The position numbers were made by a program, and so were the translations under genes. The notes beneath the pieces were generated by a model. It saw only the letters and a program-made list of their open reading frames with translations. It searched no databases and was not told the origin of the DNA. From the NCBI RefSeq assembly GCF_055900595.2, contig NZ_CM148325.1: DNA of 64,000 nt; one strand, given 5' to 3'. Positions 57,053 to 64,000 of this stretch are shown piece after piece (position 1 is the stretch's first letter; each line of letters starts with the position of its first letter).

Positions 57053-57634
57053 GTGCGATATCTGGCAACATTGTTGTTATCTCTGGCGGTGTTAATCACC
57101 GCCGGGTGTGGCTGGCATCTGCGTGATACTACGCAGGTTCCTTCCACTATGAAGGTCATGATCCTGGACTCTGGCGACCCGAACGGGCCGTTAAGTCGTG
57201 CGGTACGTAACCAGTTACGTCTGAACGGTGTCGAGTTGCTTGATAAAGAAACCACGCGTAAGGACGTTCCATCCCTGCGTTTGGGTAAAGTGAGCATCGC
57301 GAAAGATACCGCATCGGTATTCCGTAACGGTCAAACAGCAGAGTATCAGATGATCATGACGGTCAATGCGACCGTGTTGATCCCCGGCCGTGACATCTAC
57401 CCGATTAGCGCCAAAGTCTTCCGTTCGTTCTTCGATAACCCGCAAATGGCGTTAGCGAAAGATAACGAACAAGACATGATCGTAAAAGAGATGTACGACC
57501 GTGCTGCCGAACAGCTGATTCGTAAGCTGCCAAGCATCCGTGCTGCGGATATTCGTTCCGACGAAGAACAGACGTCGACCACAACGGATACTCCGGCAAC
57601 GCCTGCACGCGTCTCTACCACGCTGGGTAACTGA
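57053..57634 (+). CDS. lptE: LPS-assembly lipoprotein LptE (RlpB)
   Basis: 193-aa ORF with lipobox LITAGC; follows leuS. Confidence 0.93.
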
Positions 57635-58665
57635 TGATTCGGTTGTACCCGGAACAACTTCGCGCGCAGCTCAATGAAGGGCTGCGCGCGGCGTATCTTT
57701 TACTTGGTAACGATCCTCTGTTATTGCAGGAAAGCCAGGACGCTATTCGTCAGGTCGCTGCGGCACAAGGATTCGAAGAACACCACACTTTTTCCATTGA
57801 TCCCAACACTGACTGGAATGCGGTCTTTTCGTTATGCCAGGCCATGAGTCTGTTTGCCAGTCGACAAACGCTATTGCTGTTGTTACCAGAAAACGGACCG
57901 AATGCGGCGATCAATGAACAACTTCTCACACTCACTGGACTTCTGCATGACGACCTGCTGTTGATCGTCCGCGGTAATAAATTAAGCAAAGCGCAAGAAA
58001 ATGCTGCCTGGTTTACTGCTCTTGCGAATCGCAGCGTGCAGGTGACCTGTCAGACGCCGGAGCAGGCTCAGCTTCCCCGCTGGGTTGCTGCGCGTGCAAA
58101 ACAGCTCAACTTAGAACTGGATGACGCCGCAAATCAGGTGCTCTGCTACTGTTATGAAGGTAACCTGCTGGCACTGGCCCAGGCACTGGAGCGTTTATCG
58201 CTGCTCTGGCCGGACGGCAAACTGACATTACCGCGCGTTGAACAGGCGGTGAATGATGCCGCGCATTTCACCCCTTTTCATTGGGTTGATGCTTTGTTGA
58301 TGGGAAAAAGTAAGCGCGCATTGCATATTCTTCAGCAACTGCGTCTGGAAGGCAGCGAGCCGGTTATTTTGTTGCGCACATTACAACGAGAACTGTTGTT
58401 ACTGGTTAACCTGAAACGCCAGTCTGCCCATACGCCACTGCGTGCGTTGTTTGATAAACATCGCGTTTGGCAGAACCGCCGGGGCATGATGGGCGAGGCG
58501 CTAAACCGCTTAAGCCAGTCGCAGTTACGTCAGGCCGTGCAACTCCTGACACGAACGGAACTCACCCTCAAACAAGATTACGGTCAGTCAGTATGGGCAG
58601 AGCTGGAAGGGTTATCTCTTCTGTTGTGCCATAAACCGCTGGCGGACGTATTTATCGACGGTTGA
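57634..58665 (+). CDS. holA: DNA polymerase III delta subunit
   Basis: 343-aa ORF; start overlaps the lptE stop; conserved leuS-lptE-holA-nadD order. Confidence 0.93.
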   Translation: MIRLYPEQLRAQLNEGLRAAYLLLGNDPLLLQESQDAIRQVAAAQGFEEHHTFSIDPNTDWNAVFSLCQAMSLFASRQTLLLLLPENGPNAAINEQLLTLTGLLHDDLLLIVRGNKLSKAQENAAWFTALANRSVQVTCQTPEQAQLPRWVAARAKQLNLELDDAANQVLCYCYEGNLLALAQALERLSLLWPDGKLTLPRVEQAVNDAAHFTPFHWVDALLMGKSKRALHILQQLRLEGSEPVILLRTLQRELLLLVNLKRQSAHTPLRALFDKHRVWQNRRGMMGEALNRLSQSQLRQAVQLLTRTELTLKQDYGQSVWAELEGLSLLLCHKPLADVFIDG

Positions 58666-58666
58666 T

Positions 58667-59308
58667 ATGAAATCTTTACAGGCTCTGTTTGGTGGCACCT
58701 TTGATCCGGTGCACTATGGTCATCTTAAGCCCGTGGAAACGCTGGCGAACTTGATTGGTCTGACGCGAGTCACCATCATCCCTAATAATGTTCCTCCGCA
58801 TCGTCCCCAGCCGGAAGCAACCAGTGTGCAGCGTAAACACATGCTTGAACTGGCGATTGCCGACAAGCCACTGTTTACCCTTGATGAACGCGAGCTAAAG
58901 CGCAATGCTCCCTCTTACACTGCACAAACACTGAAAGAATGGCGGCAGGAACAAGGGCCAGATGTGCCGCTGGCATTTATTATTGGCCAGGATTCACTGC
59001 TCACCTTTCCAACCTGGTACGAATACGAAACGATACTCGACAATGCACATTTGATCGTCTGTCGGCGTCCCGGTTACCCACTAGAAATGGCGCAACCGCA
59101 ATACCAGCAATGGCTGGAAGATCATTTGACACATAACCCGGAAGATCTTCACCTTCAGCCTGCCGGTAAAATTTATCTGGCTGAAACGCCGTGGTTTAAC
59201 ATCTCGGCGACCATCATCCGTGAACGTTTGCAAAACGGTGAATCGTGTGAGGATTTATTGCCGGAACCGGTACTGACTTACATTAACCAACAAGGCTTGT
59301 ATCGCTGA
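58667..59308 (+). CDS. nadD: Nicotinate-mononucleotide adenylyltransferase
   Basis: 213-aa ORF with a nucleotidyltransferase (H/T)xGH-type motif ([11 protein letters not shown]). Confidence 0.95.
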   Translation: MKSLQALFGGTFDPVHYGHLKPVETLANLIGLTRVTIIPNNVPPHRPQPEATSVQRKHMLELAIADKPLFTLDERELKRNAPSYTAQTLKEWRQEQGPDVPLAFIIGQDSLLTFPTWYEYETILDNAHLIVCRRPGYPLEMAQPQYQQWLEDHLTHNPEDLHLQPAGKIYLAETPWFNISATIIRERLQNGESCEDLLPEPVLTYINQQGLYR

Positions 59309-59328
59309 TACCTGTCGTTACGGAGGGC

Positions 59329-59943
59329 ATGATGCGACTGTGGTTAATTCGTCATGGCGAAACGCAAGCGAATATCGATGGTCTGTACAGCGGTTATGCT
59401 CCCACCCCCCTGACTGCGCGCGGAATTGAGCAAGCGCAAAATCTGCATACGCTGCTACATGGTGTTTCCTTTGACCTGGTTTTATGCAGTGAACTGGAAC
59501 GGGCACAGCATACCGCGCGACGGGTTCTCAGTGATCGCCAGCTCCCCGTGCAAATCATCCCTGAACTCAACGAAATGTTTTTTGGCGACTGGGAGATGCG
59601 ACATCATCGCGACCTCATGCAAGAAGATGCCGAAAACTATAGCGCGTGGTGCAATGACTGGCAGCATGCTGTCCCCACGAACGGTGAAGGATTTCAGGCA
59701 TTTTCACAACGTGTGGAACGGTTTATCGCAAGGCTTAGTGAATATCAGCACTATCAGAATATTTTAGTCGTCAGCCATCAGGGTGTGCTGAGTCTGTTAA
59801 TCGCCCGTTTAATGGGTATGCCTGCCGAGGCTATGTGGCATTTTCGCGTTGACCAGGGGTGTTGGAGCGCCATTGATATCAACCAAAAATTCGCGACGCT
59901 ACGCGTCCTCAATAGCCGTGCCATCGGGGTCGAGAATACATGA
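59329..59943 (+). CDS. cobC: Histidine-phosphatase-family protein CobC/PhpB (alpha-ribazole phosphatase homolog)
   Basis: RHG motif at the N-terminus (MRLWLIRHGETQ); the start may be 59332 rather than 59329. Confidence 0.88.
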   Translation: MMRLWLIRHGETQANIDGLYSGYAPTPLTARGIEQAQNLHTLLHGVSFDLVLCSELERAQHTARRVLSDRQLPVQIIPELNEMFFGDWEMRHHRDLMQEDAENYSAWCNDWQHAVPTNGEGFQAFSQRVERFIARLSEYQHYQNILVVSHQGVLSLLIARLMGMPAEAMWHFRVDQGCWSAIDINQKFATLRVLNSRAIGVENT

Positions 59944-60184
59944 CTTTTCTGTTTTTTTACGGGTAAGCCGCAACGACCATTGACAGCCCCGGGCAGGCTG
60001 ATATTCTCCGCAGCCAGACTTTTTTCGCCAGACACGACTTTGTAGAAATTGTTTTACAAAAATGGCGATGCAATCTGCGGCGCGGGGTGGGATGATAGCC
60101 CACTTTCGAAAGCCGATTCGGCGACAATTGTCCCGAAATCGCCTCTGGTTCAGGTATACTGACAGACCATTTTTATCTATTTGA

Positions 60185-60520
<336 letters not shown>

Positions 60521-60523
60521 TGC

Positions 60524-60991
60524 GTGAAGCTGCAACTTGTCGCCGTGGGAACGAAAATGCCGGACTGGGTACAAACCGGTTTTACCGAGTACCTGCGTCG
60601 TTTTCCGAAAGATATGCCCTTCGAGCTGATTGAAATTCCGGCCGGAAAACGCGGCAAGAATGCGGACATCAAGCGCATACTCGACAAAGAGGGTGAGCAG
60701 ATGCTGGCAGCCGCAGGCAAAAACCGCATTGTCACCCTCGATATTCCAGGCAAGCCCTGGGATACGCCGCAGTTAGCCGCTGAACTGGAACGCTGGAAGC
60801 TGGATGGTCGCGACGTCAGTCTGCTGATTGGCGGGCCTGAAGGGTTGTCGCCTGCCTGCAAAGCGGCGGCGGAACAAAGCTGGTCGCTGTCGGCGCTTAC
60901 CCTTCCCCATCCGCTGGTTCGCGTGCTGGTCGCAGAGAGTCTGTACCGGGCGTGGAGCATCACCACCAACCATCCTTATCACCGTGAGTGA
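60524..60991 (+). CDS. rlmH: 23S rRNA (pseudouridine1915-N3)-methyltransferase RlmH (YbeA)
   Basis: 155-aa SPOUT-type ORF directly upstream of mrdA. Confidence 0.93.
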
Positions 60992-61021
60992 TAAGGGAGC
61001 TTTGAGTAGAAAACGCAGCGG

Positions 61022-62923
61022 ATGAAACTACAGAACTCTTTTCGCGACTATACGGCAGAGTCCGCGCTGTTTGTGCGCCGGGCGCTGGTCGCCTTTTTGG
61101 GGATTTTGCTGCTGACCGGCGTGCTTATCGCCAACCTGTATAATCTGCAAATTGTTCGCTTTACCGATTACCAGACCCGATCTAATGAAAACCGCATTAA
61201 GCTGGTGCCTATCGCGCCCAGCCGCGGCATTATCTACGACCGTAACGGTATCCCTCTGGCACTTAACCGCACTATCTACCAGATAGAGATGATGCCGGAG
61301 AAAGTCGATAACGTGCAGCAAACGCTGGACGCTTTGCGCAGTGTGGTTGATCTGACCGATGACGATATTGCTGCATTCCGAAAAGAGCGCGCACGTTCAC
61401 ACCGTTTCACCTCCATTCCGGTGAAAACTAACCTGACTGAAGTACAAGTGGCACGCTTTGCCGTCAATCAGTACCGTTTTCCGGGTGTCGAAGTTAAAGG
61501 CTATAAGCGTCGTTACTATCCTTACGGTTCGGCGTTGACCCACGTCATCGGCTATGTGTCGAAAATCAACGATAAAGACGTCGAACGCCTGAATAATGAC
61601 GGCAAACTGGCCAACTATGCGGCAACGCATGATATCGGTAAGCTGGGCATTGAGCGTTACTATGAAGACGTGCTGCACGGTCAGACCGGTTATGAAGAGG
61701 TTGAAGTTAACAACCGTGGGCGTGTTATCCGCCAGTTAAAAGAAGTGCCACCGCAAGCCGGACACGATATTTACCTGACGCTGGATCTCAAACTCCAGCA
61801 ATATATTGAAACGCTGCTGGCGGGTAGCCGCGCAGCGGTGGTAGTCACCGATCCGCGTACAGGTGGGGTGCTGGCGCTGGTTTCCACGCCTAGTTATGAC
61901 CCAAACCTGTTTGTTGACGGTATCTCCAGCAAAGATTATTCCGCCTTGCTGAACGACCCAAATACACCGCTGGTGAACCGCGCCACACAGGGGGTTTATC
62001 CTCCCGCGTCTACAGTTAAACCCTATGTGGCGGTTTCGGCATTGAGCGCCGGAGTGATCACGCGCAATACGACGCTGTTTGACCCAGGCTGGTGGCAACT
62101 GCCAGGTTCAGAAAAACGTTATCGTGACTGGAAAAAATGGGGCCACGGGCGTCTGAATGTCACAAGATCGCTGGAAGAATCTGCGGATACCTTCTTCTAT
62201 CAGGTGGCCTACGATATGGGAATCGATCGCCTCTCCGAATGGATGGGTAAATTCGGTTATGGTCATTACACCGGTATCGACCTGGCGGAAGAACGTTCCG
62301 GCAACATGCCTACCCGCGAATGGAAACAGAAACGCTTTAAAAAACCGTGGTATCAGGGTGACACCATTCCGGTTGGTATCGGTCAGGGTTACTGGACAGC
62401 GACCCCAATCCAGATGAGTAAGGCACTGATGATCCTGATTAATGACGGTATCGTGAAAGTTCCACATTTGCTGATGAGCACCGCTGAAGACGGCAAACAG
62501 GTGCCATGGGTACAACCGCATGAACCGCCCGTCGGCGATATTCATTCCGGTTACTGGGAGCTGGCAAAAGACGGTATGTACGGTGTTGCTAACCGCCCTA
62601 ACGGTACGGCGCATAAATACTTTGCCAGCGCACCGTACAAAATTGCAGCAAAATCCGGTACGGCTCAGGTCTTCGGCCTGAAAGCGAACGAAACCTATAA
62701 TGCGCACAAAATTGCCGAGCGTTTACGTGACCACAAACTGATGACCGCCTTTGCGCCATACAACAATCCGCAAGTCGCTGTCGCCATGATTCTGGAGAAC
62801 GGCGGTGCGGGTCCGGCGGTTGGTACGCTGATGCGCCAGATCCTCGACCACATTATGCTGGGTGATAACAACACCGATCTGCCTGCGGAAAATCCAGCGG
62901 TTGCCGCAGCGGAGGACCATTAA
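61022..62923 (+). CDS. mrdA: Penicillin-binding protein 2 (elongasome transpeptidase)
   Basis: 633-aa ORF with an N-terminal TM helix and transpeptidase motifs STVK, SGT (…KSGTAQ), plus an S-x-D motif. Confidence 0.97.
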   Translation: MKLQNSFRDYTAESALFVRRALVAFLGILLLTGVLIANLYNLQIVRFTDYQTRSNENRIKLVPIAPSRGIIYDRNGIPLALNRTIYQIEMMPEKVDNVQQTLDALRSVVDLTDDDIAAFRKERARSHRFTSIPVKTNLTEVQVARFAVNQYRFPGVEVKGYKRRYYPYGSALTHVIGYVSKINDKDVERLNNDGKLANYAATHDIGKLGIERYYEDVLHGQTGYEEVEVNNRGRVIRQLKEVPPQAGHDIYLTLDLKLQQYIETLLAGSRAAVVVTDPRTGGVLALVSTPSYDPNLFVDGISSKDYSALLNDPNTPLVNRATQGVYPPASTVKPYVAVSALSAGVITRNTTLFDPGWWQLPGSEKRYRDWKKWGHGRLNVTRSLEESADTFFYQVAYDMGIDRLSEWMGKFGYGHYTGIDLAEERSGNMPTREWKQKRFKKPWYQGDTIPVGIGQGYWTATPIQMSKALMILINDGIVKVPHLLMSTAEDGKQVPWVQPHEPPVGDIHSGYWELAKDGMYGVANRPNGTAHKYFASAPYKIAAKSGTAQVFGLKANETYNAHKIAERLRDHKLMTAFAPYNNPQVAVAMILENGGAGPAVGTLMRQILDHIMLGDNNTDLPAENPAVAAAEDH

Positions 62924-62925
62924 TC

Positions 62926-64000
62926 ATGACGGATAATCCGAATAAAAAAACATTCTGGGATAAAGTCCATCTCGATCCCACAATGCTGCTGATCTTACTG
63001 GCATTGCTGGTTTACAGCGCCCTGGTTATCTGGAGCGCCAGCGGTCAGGATATTGGCATGATGGAGCGTAAAATCGGCCAAATCGCGATGGGTCTGGTCA
63101 TCATGGTGGTGATGGCGCAAATTCCTCCACGCGTTTATGAAGGCTGGGCCCCCTATCTCTATATCATCTGTATTATTTTGCTGGTAGCAGTAGATGCTTT
63201 TGGTGCCATCTCTAAAGGCGCTCAACGCTGGCTGGACCTCGGTATCGTTCGTTTTCAGCCGTCGGAAATTGCCAAAATAGCCGTACCACTGATGGTAGCA
63301 CGCTTTATCAACCGCGACGTTTGCCCGCCATCGTTGAAGAACACCGGCATCGCGCTGGTGCTGATATTTATGCCCACGCTGCTGGTGGCTGCACAGCCTG
63401 ACCTGGGAACATCAATCCTCGTTGCGCTTTCTGGTCTGTTTGTACTGTTCCTCTCTGGCCTTAGCTGGCGTCTGATTGGCGTCGCAGTAGTGCTGGTAGC
63501 GGCGTTCATTCCGATTCTGTGGTTCTTCCTGATGCATGATTACCAGCGCCAGCGCGTAATGATGCTCCTGGACCCGGAATCAGACCCACTCGGCGCGGGC
63601 TATCACATTATTCAGTCTAAAATTGCTATTGGCTCCGGCGGATTACGCGGCAAAGGCTGGCTGCATGGCACTCAGTCACAGCTTGAATTTCTCCCCGAAC
63701 GCCATACCGACTTTATCTTCGCGGTACTGGCGGAAGAGCTGGGATTAGTGGGCATTTTGATTCTGCTCGCTCTCTACATTCTGCTGATCATGCGCGGGCT
63801 GTGGATAGCCGCCAGAGCGCAAACCACCTTTGGTCGCGTCATGGCTGGCGGCTTAATGCTGATATTATTCGTTTATGTCTTCGTAAATATTGGTATGGTA
63901 AGCGGTATTCTGCCGGTTGTAGGGGTTCCGCTCCCACTGGTCAGTTATGGAGGATCGGCGCTAATTGTGCTGATGGCTGGGTTCGGGATTGTAATGTCAA
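62926..64000 (+). CDS. mrdB: Peptidoglycan glycosyltransferase RodA (SEDS family), 5' portion; continues beyond window
   Basis: ATG at 62926, three nt after the mrdA stop; translation [42 protein letters not shown]...; no stop before the window end, so absent from the ORF track. Confidence 0.9.
   Translation, partial: MTDNPNKKTFWDKVHLDPTMLLILLALLVYSALVIWSASGQDIGMMERKIGQIAMGLVIMVVMAQIPPRVYEGWAPYLYIICIILLVAVDAFGAISKGAQRWLDLGIVRFQPSEIAKIAVPLMVARFINRDVCPPSLKNTGIALVLIFMPTLLVAAQPDLGTSILVALSGLFVLFLSGLSWRLIGVAVVLVAAFIPILWFFLMHDYQRQRVMMLLDPESDPLGAGYHIIQSKIAIGSGGLRGKGWLHGTQSQLEFLPERHTDFIFAVLAEELGLVGILILLALYILLIMRGLWIAARAQTTFGRVMAGGLMLILFVYVFVNIGMVSGILPVVGVPLPLVSYGGSALIVLMAGFGIVMS

Noticed and set aside
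55392-57071. 559-codon minus-strand ORF
   Set aside because: Antisense to leuS; no start context or motifs; typical long shadow ORF opposite a highly conserved gene.

Overview
Read by eye from the sequence and the supplied ORF track; no searches were run. The window is an Escherichia coli-type chromosomal segment running kdpA(3' end)-kdpBCDE, speFL-speF-potE, ybfG, ybfP, pgm, seqA, ybfF, ybfE, fldA, uof-fur, chiQ-chiP, glnS, nagE/nagBACD, asnB, a seven-tRNA operon (metT-leuW-glnU-glnW-metU-glnV-glnX), ubiF, miaB-ybeZ-ybeY-corC-lnt, gltIJKL, rihA, hscC, djlC-ybeU, ybeT, djlB-ybeR, ybeQ, ybeL, leuS-lptE-holA-nadD-cobC, rsfS-rlmH-mrdA-mrdB(5' part). Most of it is conserved core genome, in reverse orientation relative to the K-12 map as I recall it. 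The segments that look accessory or unusual are: (1) a 645-codon ORF between lnt and gltI encoding a rhomboid protease core fused to a C-terminal beta-propeller-like repeat domain, the strongest candidate for an undescribed function; (2) an IS200-like insertion sequence downstream of potE, followed by a decayed 143-bp copy of the kdpE 3' end; (3) a 145-codon signal-peptide ORF between asnB and the tRNA operon; (4) the poorly understood HscC / DjlC-YbeU / YbeT / DjlB-YbeR / YbeQ chaperone-like cluster with visibly paralogous duplicated units. No CRISPR array, integrase or prophage was seen. Comparisons to K-12 are from memory and need a database check.
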